Positions 6,011 through 14,887 of a DNA stretch of 23,439 bases are shown here, piece after piece (position 1 is the first letter of the stretch; each line of letters opens with the position of its first letter). Source of the stretch: Meiothermus sp. (lineage in GTDB: Bacteria > Deinococcota > Deinococci > Deinococcales > Thermaceae); the NCBI GenBank assembly GCA_033762915.1, contig JANRLD010000097.1, positions 1 through 23,439 on the forward strand, written 5' to 3'. The notes below the pieces were generated by a model that worked only from the letters and a program-made list of their open reading frames with translations, had not been told where the DNA came from and did not search any database. The translations under genes were made by a program, and so were the position numbers.

Positions 6011-7525
6011 CTATTGCTCCTTGCCGGCGCTGCCAATCAGCCCCTCGGCGACCTTCTCCGCGATGGCCAGGGTGGGCAGGTTGGTGTTGCCCTTGGTGAT
6101 GACCGGCATCAGCGAGGCGTCGGCTAGGTACAGGTTTTCCAGACCGTGCACCCGGCCCGCCGGGTCCGCCACAGCGGCCGGGTCGGCGGCAGGCCCCATC
6201 CGGCAGGTGCCCACCGGGTGCCAGGTGTGCTGGGCTACCCGGCGGATCAGGGCCTCGAGCTCAGCCCGGGACCGCAGTTCGGCCCACTCGCCCTGCGCGC
6301 CGCCCAGGTGACCGGCCAGTGGTCCGGAGCGCAGCAGCTCGAGCAGCCGCTCGTAGCCGTTGGCCAGCACGGCCAGATCGTGGCCCTGGGGATCTGAAAG
6401 GTAGCCGTGGTGAATGCGGGGCGCGGCCTCGGGGTCGGGGGAGTCGATCCGGAGATACCCCCTCGAGCGTGAGACCTGGGCCGAGATGCCGTAGTTCCAG
6501 ACCCACGCCCCCTCGCGCAGGATCTGGTCAGGGTACAGATGAAGGTCGAAGGCGGCCTCGGAGACGCCGGAGCGCAGCTTGGCGAAGGCCGCCTTGGCCT
6601 TAGCGCCGGGGCTGGCCCGGTGGGCGTGCATCTGCCGGGACAGCTCGGGACTACCGGCGAAAACCATGTCGATCTCGGGGTGGTCCTGTAGGTTCTGCCC
6701 TACCCCGGGCAGGGCGTGCAGCGGCCGGACCCCGGCGGCCTCGAGCTCCGCTGGCTCGCCCACCCCGGAGCGGAGGAGGATGGCCGGCGAGCCGTAAGCG
6801 CCCCCGCACAGCACGAACCGCTCAGCGTGTACCGTGAGGCGCTCTCCTGCTCGGATCAGCTCGACCCCATAGGCCCGGCCGCCCCGCAGCAGCAGCCGGT
6901 CTACCAGGGTCCGGTCGAGGACCTCGAGGTTTTTGCGGCCGCGCACCGGTTCCAGGTAGGCCAGCGCAGTGTTCCAGCGGGTCCCGTCGACGATGTTGAC
7001 CATAGCCACCCCCGCGCCCTCGCCGCTGTCGAGGTCGTTGAGGTCCTCGAGGGTCGGCACCCCCACGGCCCGGGCCGACTCCAGGAACATTCGGTGGTAG
7101 GGCGAGAGGTCCTCGAGACGGCCCAGCGCCCCGCGCAACCGCTCACTGGCCCGGCGCAACACCGGCAGCATGGCGTCGGCCCCCCAACCCGGGTTGCCCA
7201 GGGCGGCCCAGCCGTCGTAGTCGCTGCGGTGGCCCCAGATCACCCCGCAGCCGTTGATGGCCGAGCAGCCACCCAGCACCCGGGCCCGGTTGAGCTCGAC
7301 CCTGCGCCCCGGGTAGCTGGTGGTGTCGGCGTAGCCCCAGTCGTGGCTGCCGATCGGCATCCGGCCCGCGTCCAGCAGCTCGCCGGGCCAGCGCTCTGGC
7401 GGGCCGTAGTCGGGGCCGGCCTCGACCAGTAAGACGCTCAGATCGGTCTTTTGGGCCAGCAGCCCCGCTACAGCGGCCCCCGCAGTTCCGCCCCCCAGCA
7501 CCACGGTATGAGCGGCCCGGGTCAC
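6011..7525 (-). CDS. GMC family FAD oxidoreductase (choline dehydrogenase-like)
   Basis: VVLGGGTAG FAD motif, RARVLGGCSAING, GGAYGSPAILLRSG, VGQNLQDHP, WHPVGTCRMG, DASLMP..GNTN; RBS GGAGG. Confidence 0.93.
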   Translation of the reverse strand: MTRAAHTVVLGGGTAGAAVAGLLAQKTDLSVLLVEAGPDYGPPERWPGELLDAGRMPIGSHDWGYADTTSYPGRRVELNRARVLGGCSAINGCGVIWGHRSDYDGWAALGNPGWGADAMLPVLRRASERLRGALGRLEDLSPYHRMFLESARAVGVPTLEDLNDLDSGEGAGVAMVNIVDGTRWNTALAYLEPVRGRKNLEVLDRTLVDRLLLRGGRAYGVELIRAGERLTVHAERFVLCGGAYGSPAILLRSGVGEPAELEAAGVRPLHALPGVGQNLQDHPEIDMVFAGSPELSRQMHAHRASPGAKAKAAFAKLRSGVSEAAFDLHLYPDQILREGAWVWNYGISAQVSRSRGYLRIDSPDPEAAPRIHHGYLSDPQGHDLAVLANGYERLLELLRSGPLAGHLGGAQGEWAELRSRAELEALIRRVAQHTWHPVGTCRMGPAADPAAVADPAGRVHGLENLYLADASLMPVITKGNTNLPTLAIAEKVAEGLIGSAGKEQ

Positions 7526-7697
7526 AGCCTGACCTCCCGAGCGGCCATGGCTCGTGCAGAGGCTTCGGGATGGGCAATCAAGGAAGGTCGGGGCTCGAGG
7601 GGGCCCTTGGCCTGCTCAAACATCGGATGTGTCTTCATTAACCCAAACCTCCCGACCGGCCCGCGCCGGCTGAACCACTCCGAAAGGCGTCGGTCCG

Positions 7698-7729
7698 ACG
7701 ATAGCATATTGCATGCAATGTGCTAGATT
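7698..7729. promoter_or_regulatory. Probable GntR operator palindrome overlapping divergent -10 elements
   Basis: TAGCATATTGCATGCAATGTGCTA (7702-7725, one mismatched pair); TGcTAGATT on + lies 7 nt before ATG 7737; TGcTATCGT on the minus strand. Confidence 0.75.
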
Positions 7730-7736
7730 AGCCTAA

Positions 7737-9023
7737 ATGGACAAGCCTACAATGAAACCGACGCTAGGTTTTGACACCCTGGTTGTGGGTGCAGGTATGG
7801 CCGGTTTGGGTGCTGCTCGGGCGTTAAGGAATGCCGGTTGTAAGGTCGCCCTTCTCGAGGCCAGGCCCCGCATCGGTGGAAGGGTTTGGACCGACTTTGA
7901 CTTTGCCGATTTTCCAGTGGAACTTGGGGCTGAGTTTATCCACGGCGAAAAAACTACAACCCTCCCACTGACCAATGAAGCGGGGCTTGGAGTTCTTCCC
8001 GTGGATCGCTATACCAAACTCCGCTGGGGAAGCCCAACGGCCTTGGGCCATGAGCAAATGTCTCCTGAAGTGTCGGCTACCCTAAAGAGCTTAAAGAAAG
8101 CCTTTGCTGATTTAGCCCACGAGACCTTTACTACCGATACCTCTTTGGCAGAACACTTTAAGCAAAAAGGTTACAGCTACAACGCCATTGCGATAGCCGA
8201 TATCTTGTTGGGTCAACCCAACTGCGCCAGCATTTATTGCTTGAGTATTGAAGATTTTAAGAGGGAACTGGCATATGACGCTGGGCAACTGGAATTCCGT
8301 ATTCGAGAAGGCTATCAGGCCCTCCTGGAATATCTCGCGAAAGATCAAGAACTCTACCTCAGTACACCCGTCACATCCATTGACACTTTTGAAGCCGTCA
8401 CCATCACCACACCCGATCAAGTCTTCCGAGCCAAAACTTGTATCCTCACCCTCCCGGTCAGCCTGTTGCAACATGGCACCATAGCCTTTTCACCCCCACT
8501 CAGCCAAGAAAAACAAGAGGCGATTTGGGCTTTTAAGATGCAAGCAGGAACCAAACTCATCTACCGATTTACCCGCCCTTTTTGGGATGATGAGCTGACT
8601 TATATGCTGCACCAGGGTTTCGCACCTCGCTGGTGGACACCGGGCTACGGGCGCAAGGGTGCCAGTGTAATCTGTGCATTCATCACCGCAGACCGGGCCA
8701 CTCGAGTGGATTCGATAGGCGAAAAAGAAGCTCTTCAGCTCGGGCTTCAAGACTTAGGTCGACTTCTGGGTGTACCGCTGGACACACTCGAGGAAAACCT
8801 GGTAAAGGCCCAAAGAATATCCTGGGGCCTCGACCCCTATACCCTCGGAGCCTATTCTCACCTTCCCCCTGGGGCGGCCTGGGCCAGGGAAGTGCTGGCA
8901 AAGCCAGAAGGAAGGCTGTTTTTTGCGGGTGAAGCCACCGCCTATCACAGCATCCCCCAAACCGTTCATGGAGCCATAGATAGCGGGATTCGTGCAGCCA
9001 ACGAGGTTCTGCAATACCTCTGA
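7737..9023 (+). CDS. Flavin monoamine/polyamine oxidase family protein
   Basis: VVGAGMAGLGAA, LEARPRIGGRVWT, ELGAEFIHG, GAYS, LFFAGEAT, TVHGAIDSGIRAA. Confidence 0.93.
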   Translation: MDKPTMKPTLGFDTLVVGAGMAGLGAARALRNAGCKVALLEARPRIGGRVWTDFDFADFPVELGAEFIHGEKTTTLPLTNEAGLGVLPVDRYTKLRWGSPTALGHEQMSPEVSATLKSLKKAFADLAHETFTTDTSLAEHFKQKGYSYNAIAIADILLGQPNCASIYCLSIEDFKRELAYDAGQLEFRIREGYQALLEYLAKDQELYLSTPVTSIDTFEAVTITTPDQVFRAKTCILTLPVSLLQHGTIAFSPPLSQEKQEAIWAFKMQAGTKLIYRFTRPFWDDELTYMLHQGFAPRWWTPGYGRKGASVICAFITADRATRVDSIGEKEALQLGLQDLGRLLGVPLDTLEENLVKAQRISWGLDPYTLGAYSHLPPGAAWAREVLAKPEGRLFFAGEATAYHSIPQTVHGAIDSGIRAANEVLQYL

Positions 9024-9025
9024 TT

Positions 9026-9090
9026 GCATATTGCATGCAATGTGCTAAATTGACCCGAATGGACAAGCCGACAATGGAACCAATGTTGGG
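9026..9090 (+). repeat. Second copy of the operator+promoter+first 11 codons found at 7704-7768
   Basis: 54/65 identical by manual alignment, first 22 bp identical; MDKPTMEPMLG vs MDKPTMKPTLG. Confidence 0.9.
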
Positions 9091-9781
9091 AAGAGAGCGG
9101 ATTCTTGATGGCGTCTATTCACGTCTTAAAGAGGCCATACTGAGCGGGAAACTGCGCCCTGGTTCGCGACTAAGCATCCCCGAGTTGGCAAGGCAGCTAC
9201 AGGTTTCGCGCAGTCCGGTACGCGAGGCCGTGCGTCAGTTGGTATCGGATGGGCTGGCCATAGATCGGCCCCGGCAGAGTCCGGTAGTTCCCTTGGTAGA
9301 GGTCGCGGACTTGCTAGAGATCCACCAGGTGCGCGAATCGCTGGAAGGGCAGGCGGCAGGGCTGGCAGCAGTGGCCTTTGACTCCGCTGGGCTTGAGCGG
9401 CTCGAGGCCATACTGCTCGAGCAGGAGCGGATGGTCACCACAAAAGATGTCTCCGGCTTTTCCCGCACCGATTTTGAGTTCCACACCCTGATCGCCGAAT
9501 ACTGCGGCAACAAGCGGCTAGAGCGGTTCGTGGTCTCGCTCAAGAGCGAGATGCGTCTGGCGCTGTTGCTGGTTGCGCGGAGCCAGGAGCACACCGAGCG
9601 GGCCTTTGAGGAGCACTGGGCTATCTTCCACGCCCTCAAGGCGCACGACGCAGCCCTGGCCGAACAGGCCATGCGGGAGCATATCCAGAACACCCGTAAG
9701 ACCCTCACCACTCGGATCGTCGATCCGAATCAGCAAGGGAGCAGTCAAACATCAGGGAAGCATAGGGGGAGGAGTATATGA
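9059..9781 (+). CDS. GntR family (FadR/FCD-type) transcriptional regulator
   Basis: wHTH 'LKEAILSGKLRPGSRL..ELARQLQVSRSPVREA'; FCD motifs DFEFH, EEHWAI, MREHI. ATG 9059 lies 7 nt after TAAATT. Confidence 0.93.
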   Translation: MDKPTMEPMLGRERILDGVYSRLKEAILSGKLRPGSRLSIPELARQLQVSRSPVREAVRQLVSDGLAIDRPRQSPVVPLVEVADLLEIHQVRESLEGQAAGLAAVAFDSAGLERLEAILLEQERMVTTKDVSGFSRTDFEFHTLIAEYCGNKRLERFVVSLKSEMRLALLLVARSQEHTERAFEEHWAIFHALKAHDAALAEQAMREHIQNTRKTLTTRIVDPNQQGSSQTSGKHRGRSI

Positions 9782-11655
9782 AACGATGGGTGCAGTTGGT
9801 TGCAGTGGCTACAGTGGCTAGTGCAAGTGCGCTGGCAGGCCCACAGGACAACAGCCTGGTGGTGGGCACCAACTCCGAGCCGGTCGTCCTGGCAGGCGAC
9901 TTTCTCAACGTCCTCAGCAATTCGGTCATCAAGGGCGAGATCGAGGGGTATCTGACGGCTCCCCTGTTGGTTATCAACGCCGAAGCACAGCCTCAGCCGG
10001 TGTTGGTGACCGAGGTGCCTTCGCTAAACAACGGGCGGCTGCGCAGTACTGAAGTCGGTGGGGGTAAGCGGCGGCTCGAGATGGACTTCACCCTCAAGTC
10101 GGGGCTCCGGTGGTCGGACGGCGACCCGCTGGACACCGACGATCTGGCCTTCTTCGCTGAGGTCGCCAAGGCCAAGGGGATGCCCCTGCCCAACGCCGAC
10201 CTGTGGGATCGCCTGAACATCCGGGTGCGCGACAAGCTCAACTTCACGGCAGTCCTAGAGCCCGCCTACTACTACGATGCCACCGCCTCGTTTGCTGACA
10301 ACTTCCTAGCCCCCTCACACAAGATGCGGGCCGAGTGGGACAGGACAAAAGCCTTGGCAGCACCCCTCGAGCTACCCAAAGATGCCGAGCGGCTTTCGGA
10401 GCTGTACCGTTCCTTCTTCCAGCGCTTTAGTACCCCGCAGGCCATCAACTCTGGTCAGTTGGCCTATTCGGGAGCCTTCCGGGCTACCCGCTGGGTGAGT
10501 GGTAACTCCATTGACATGGCCCGCAACCCCAACTTCACCGCCATAACGCCCGAGGGTGGGGCTGACAAGTATGTGCAGCGAGTCATCTACCGTATCATCA
10601 CCAACACCAATTCCCTGCTGGTAGCCCTGTTGGGGGGGGGCATCGACGCTACCTCCAACCAGGGGCTCACCTCCGATCAGGCCCGCAGCCGTCAGCTCAC
10701 CAGCCGGGCGGCAGGCCGCTTCGAGATCTGGAGCATCCCCAGCACCGCCTTCGAGAAGATCACCCTCAACAAATACACGGACTTTGCCCGCGTTAAGGAA
10801 CTGGGACTCGACGACAAGCGCACCCGCCAAGCCATGCTCTTCGCCATCAACCGCGAGGCTTGGGTGCGGTCGTTTTTTGCGGGCTCTGAGCCAGTGGCCA
10901 GCGCTTGGATTCCGGCCACCCATCCGCTGTACAACCCCGATGTGACCCAGTATCCCTACAACCCCCAGCGGGCCACAGAGCTGCTCGCAGCGATGGGCTG
11001 GCGCAGGGGGGCGGATGGCATCCTCGAGCGCACCGTCGGGGGCAAGACGGTACGTTTTGAGATCGAGTTCTCCACCACCGCAGGCAACGCAGTGCGTGAG
11101 CGTACCCAGCAGTTTTTCAACGAGCAGTGGCGGCAGGTGGGGATCTCGGTACGGGTCACCAACGCCCCGGCCTCGGTGCTGCTGGCGGGCAATTTTTACC
11201 AGCGGGGCGAAGAGGGCAAGTGGCAGATGCTGATGTTTGGCTTGTTCAGCTCGCTCCAGGAGGATGGCAGCCTCTTCCAGTACCGCAACCTTAACTCCAA
11301 CACCGTGCTGGTGCCCAGTAAGGAGAACAACTTCTCTGGCCTCAATTTCGGCGGGTGGCGCAACGACGAGTTCGACCGTGTGACCTCCCAGGCCGTCACT
11401 GAGTTCGACCCGGTCAAGCGCAAGGAACTCTTCGCCAGAGCCCAGCAGATCTGGTCGGACGAAGTGCCCTCGCTGCCGCTGCGCTTTCGCGCAACCCCGC
11501 TGGTGGTGCGCAGCGGCCTCAACAACTACGTGGCCTCGACCTTCTCTGGCCAAGTGGGAGTGCCAGGTTGGAACGCCTGGGAAATCGGCTGGGCCTCGAG
11601 GGGGGCGGTCAAGCGCTATGACCAGGCCCGGATTGGTGGCATCCCGATCCGGTAA
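9778..11655 (+). CDS. Peptide/nickel ABC transporter substrate-binding protein (family 5)
   Basis: Signal peptide; FTLKSGLRWSDGDPLDTDD family-5 signature; LDDKRTRQAMLFAINR; ATGA overlap with gntR. Confidence 0.92.
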   Translation: MKRWVQLVAVATVASASALAGPQDNSLVVGTNSEPVVLAGDFLNVLSNSVIKGEIEGYLTAPLLVINAEAQPQPVLVTEVPSLNNGRLRSTEVGGGKRRLEMDFTLKSGLRWSDGDPLDTDDLAFFAEVAKAKGMPLPNADLWDRLNIRVRDKLNFTAVLEPAYYYDATASFADNFLAPSHKMRAEWDRTKALAAPLELPKDAERLSELYRSFFQRFSTPQAINSGQLAYSGAFRATRWVSGNSIDMARNPNFTAITPEGGADKYVQRVIYRIITNTNSLLVALLGGGIDATSNQGLTSDQARSRQLTSRAAGRFEIWSIPSTAFEKITLNKYTDFARVKELGLDDKRTRQAMLFAINREAWVRSFFAGSEPVASAWIPATHPLYNPDVTQYPYNPQRATELLAAMGWRRGADGILERTVGGKTVRFEIEFSTTAGNAVRERTQQFFNEQWRQVGISVRVTNAPASVLLAGNFYQRGEEGKWQMLMFGLFSSLQEDGSLFQYRNLNSNTVLVPSKENNFSGLNFGGWRNDEFDRVTSQAVTEFDPVKRKELFARAQQIWSDEVPSLPLRFRATPLVVRSGLNNYVASTFSGQVGVPGWNAWEIGWASRGAVKRYDQARIGGIPIR

Positions 11656-11696
11656 GGCAGTGGGTTGGCGGACTCGAGGGTCACGGAGAGCTAAGT

Positions 11697-12056
11697 ATGA
11701 ACACCGATGACGCCAAGCATGTGGTGATGCAGTATTTCCATGCCATAGACGCTGGAGACTTGGACACGGCGCTGGCTCAGTTCAGCCAGGACAGCGTTTA
11801 CGAGCGACCTGGGTATCCCCCGCTGGAGGGAATAGACCAGATCCGAAACTTCTACCAGAGCGTACGGGTGATTCGGCGGGGGCGGCACACCCTTGAGGGG
11901 CTGTTGGTCGAGGGTGATCAAGCTGTAACTTGGGGTGTTTTCGAGGGCGAATCAAGGGACGGTGTACAGCTTCAAGAGCGTTGGTCGGACGTATACCGGC
12001 TCAAGGGCGGCAAGATCGCCTACCGACGCACCCACTTCTTCCGAGCCGCCGTCTAG
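11697..12056 (+). CDS. SnoaL-like / NTF2-family protein
   Basis: 'VVMQYFHAIDAGDLDTALAQFSQDSVYERPG...GGKIAYRRTHF'; RBS GGAG. Confidence 0.88.
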   Translation: MNTDDAKHVVMQYFHAIDAGDLDTALAQFSQDSVYERPGYPPLEGIDQIRNFYQSVRVIRRGRHTLEGLLVEGDQAVTWGVFEGESRDGVQLQERWSDVYRLKGGKIAYRRTHFFRAAV

Positions 12057-12100
12057 CCAATCCTACGGGACTATTAGTGCCCGACGAGGAAAACAAAGCC

Positions 12101-13978
12101 ATGTCCGACTCAACCCACCAAGACCCACTCCCCCTGTGGAAGCAACGCTTCTATGCCCCCAGCGTTGAAGACGTGCTCATCGCCTCCGAAAACCCGACGC
12201 GGGGCATCGTGACCACCAGCCGCAACGCCCGCACCGTCACCCCCCAGGCGTGGGACATCCCTGCGGGAACCCTGCGTCCGCTGGCGGCCCTCGAGGGAGT
12301 GGGTCGAGCCTGGTTCGACCCCAACGGGCGGTTTGTGGTTTACCATCACGACGAGCATGGCAACGAGTTGGGGCATTTGGTGCAGGTTCCCTACGAGGGC
12401 GGAACCCCGCAAGACCTGACCCCCAACCTTCCTATCTACGCTTTTCGAGGCATAGGCTTCAGCCGCGACGGAAGCGCGATGGCCTTCACAGCCGTCACCA
12501 AGGCGGGTTGTCATCTCTACTTTGTCCCGCTCGAGGGCGGGCCAGGTGAACCCAAGTTGTTGTTTACCAGTACCCCGCACGAGGCTTTTGGTGGACTGCT
12601 CTCGCAAGACGGCAAGTACGCCAGCCTAATCTCCACCGCGAGGGCCAATGGTCAACGTAAGCGCAGTTTGATGATTTTTGATACCGCTTCCGGTGAAATG
12701 GTCGCCGAACTGTGGGACGGCCTCCAGGCCGACCTCCTCGCCTTCGACTTCGCGCCCGAGGCGACCCCTTGGGTGCTGGCAGTGAGCAACCGCAGCGGCT
12801 TCTACCGTCCGCTGTTGTGGAACCCCCTTACCCAAGAGCGCCGCGACCTCGAGCTGCCCTCTCTACAGGGCGAAGTGCTGGGGCTGAGCTTTTCGCCCGA
12901 CGGAAAGCGCATCTTGCTCTGCCAGACCTACCAGGCCACCCAGCAGCTTTGGGTCTGCGACCGGGACGGTGGAAACCTGACTCGCATTGCCCACCCCAGC
13001 GGGGCGGTGCTGCTCGATGCCGTACCGCTCTTCCCAGGAGATCGCAGGGGAGAACCCTATTTTCTAGGAAACGATGCGGTATTGGTTCCCTGGCAAAACT
13101 CGGCCCACCTGACCCAGATAGACCTTTTCAGTGCAAAATCGGGAGAATACGACAAGACCCTCCTGCCCGCAGCGACCACACCGCCTTCAACCACACTAAA
13201 GTCGGTAACTTTTCAGTCGCAAGACGGCACCACCATTCAGGGCTGGTTGGGCGTGCCCGAGGGTCAAGGCCCCTTCCCCGTGGTGATGGAAGTGCACGGC
13301 GGCCCAGAGATGGTCGAGCTGGATGAGTTTAACCATCGCACCCAGACATTTATCGACCACGGCTTTGCCTATCTGACCCTCAACTTTCGCGGCAGCATCA
13401 CCTTCGGGCGCGACTTCAAGGAGGCCATCTGGGGGCGGCTGGGTGAACTGGAACTACAGGACATGGTAGCGGCCCGGGCTTGGCTGGTGGAGCAGGGTAT
13501 CGCCCGGCCCGAGGCGGTATTCCTGCACGGCTACTCCTACGGCGGCTTTCTTACCTACTATGCGCTGGGGCGCGCCCCCGAACTCTGGGCCGGCGGCATC
13601 CCGGTGATGGGGGTGGCCGACTGGATTGCCAACTTCGAGGACGAGCGCTGTACCGAAGCCCTGCGGATGGTATTTGCCGGGCGATTCAAAGGCACCATCG
13701 CCGAGGCACGGGAGCGCTACATCGAAAGCTCACCCATAACCTATGCCCATCAAGTGCAAGCCCCCATGCTGATCATCCACGGGCTTCACGACAGCCGTGT
13801 GCCCACCCGCCAGATCGAGCTTTATTCCCAGCGCCTCAACGAACTGGGCAAACCTCACGAGCTGGTTTGGTACGACGGCGGGCACTTCCCCACTGGGGCC
13901 GAGCTTTGGATCGAACTGTACCAAAAGATGCTGGATTTTTTGCAGCGCACCCTTGGAGGACAAGTACGTTATCCTTAG
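12101..13978 (+). CDS. S9 family peptidase (prolyl oligopeptidase / acylaminoacyl peptidase type)
   Basis: Beta-propeller repeats (FSRDG, FSPDG), VHGGP, nucleophile GYSYGG, HGLHDSRV, GGH. ATG 12101 has GAGG upstream. Confidence 0.92.
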   Translation: MSDSTHQDPLPLWKQRFYAPSVEDVLIASENPTRGIVTTSRNARTVTPQAWDIPAGTLRPLAALEGVGRAWFDPNGRFVVYHHDEHGNELGHLVQVPYEGGTPQDLTPNLPIYAFRGIGFSRDGSAMAFTAVTKAGCHLYFVPLEGGPGEPKLLFTSTPHEAFGGLLSQDGKYASLISTARANGQRKRSLMIFDTASGEMVAELWDGLQADLLAFDFAPEATPWVLAVSNRSGFYRPLLWNPLTQERRDLELPSLQGEVLGLSFSPDGKRILLCQTYQATQQLWVCDRDGGNLTRIAHPSGAVLLDAVPLFPGDRRGEPYFLGNDAVLVPWQNSAHLTQIDLFSAKSGEYDKTLLPAATTPPSTTLKSVTFQSQDGTTIQGWLGVPEGQGPFPVVMEVHGGPEMVELDEFNHRTQTFIDHGFAYLTLNFRGSITFGRDFKEAIWGRLGELELQDMVAARAWLVEQGIARPEAVFLHGYSYGGFLTYYALGRAPELWAGGIPVMGVADWIANFEDERCTEALRMVFAGRFKGTIAEARERYIESSPITYAHQVQAPMLIIHGLHDSRVPTRQIELYSQRLNELGKPHELVWYDGGHFPTGAELWIELYQKMLDFLQRTLGGQVRYP

Positions 13979-14005
13979 CCAGGTTGCACCGCCTGTGGAG
14001 GAACT

Positions 14006-14887
14006 GTGTTTGAAGGCTTCAGATCAGCCCCTGTTGAACTTGGGGATATTCGCATAAACGCCAAGGTGGGCGGCAGCGGCCCACCTTTATTGCTGTTGCA
14101 CGGTTACCCCCAGACCCACACCATTTGGCACCGGGTTGTGCCCTATCTGGTCGAACACTTCACCGTGGTGGTCAGCGACCTGCGCGGCTATGGCGACAGC
14201 TCCAAGCCGGTTGGGTCGCCCGATCACAGCAACTACTCCAAGCGGGCCATGGCCCAAGATCAGGTTGAACTGATGGCCCAGCTCGGTTTCGACAGCTTCT
14301 ATCTGGCCGGCCACGACCGGGGCGGACGGGTTTCACACCGCTTGGCCCTCGACCACCCACAGCGGGTGAAAAAGCTTGCACTGCTGGACATCTCGCCCAC
14401 CCTAAAGATGTACCAGCAAACCGACATGACCTTCGCCAGCGCCTACTACCACTGGTTTTTCCTGATCCAACCCGCGCCTTTCCCCGAGACCCTGATCGGC
14501 GCGGCGCCGCAGGTCTACCTCGAGAAAAAGATGACCCTAGGAAGTGCGGGAAAGGCTCCATTTGCCCCCGAAGCCTGGGCTGAATATGTTCGCTGTTTCA
14601 CTCCAGAGACCATCCACGCCAGTTGCGAGGACTATAGGGCCGCGGCGACCATAGACCTCGATCACGACCGCGAGTCCATCGCCAAAGGACAAAAAATCCA
14701 GTGCCCCCTGCTGGTGCTGTGGGGCCAACACGGGGTGATCGAGCGGTGCTTTAAGCCGCTGGAAGACTGGGCCGAAGTCGCGGCCGACGTGCGGGGTAAG
14801 GCCTTGCCCGGCGGGCACTACCTGGCCGAGGAACTGCCCCAGCAAACCTCGAGCGAACTCATACAGTTTTTTAAGGAGCGCCCGTGA
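14006..14887 (+). CDS. Fluoroacetate dehalogenase-type alpha/beta hydrolase
   Basis: HGYPQ, GHDRGGRV (Asp nucleophile plus two Arg), YYHWFF, CEDYRA, GGHYLAEE; RBS GGAGG. Confidence 0.88.
   Translation: MFEGFRSAPVELGDIRINAKVGGSGPPLLLLHGYPQTHTIWHRVVPYLVEHFTVVVSDLRGYGDSSKPVGSPDHSNYSKRAMAQDQVELMAQLGFDSFYLAGHDRGGRVSHRLALDHPQRVKKLALLDISPTLKMYQQTDMTFASAYYHWFFLIQPAPFPETLIGAAPQVYLEKKMTLGSAGKAPFAPEAWAEYVRCFTPETIHASCEDYRAAATIDLDHDRESIAKGQKIQCPLLVLWGQHGVIERCFKPLEDWAEVAADVRGKALPGGHYLAEELPQQTSSELIQFFKERP

Noticed and set aside
5709..7432. Plus-strand ORFs overlapping the GMC gene (200 aa, 238 aa and others)
   Set aside because: Antisense shadows of a high-GC gene with no motifs.
11930..12100. Track N-terminal extensions of the S9 peptidase (also era to 19048, irrE to 19890, DAHP synthase to 21706, int from 3960)
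   Set aside because: They overlap neighbours or promoters; downstream starts have better RBS or leaderless signals.
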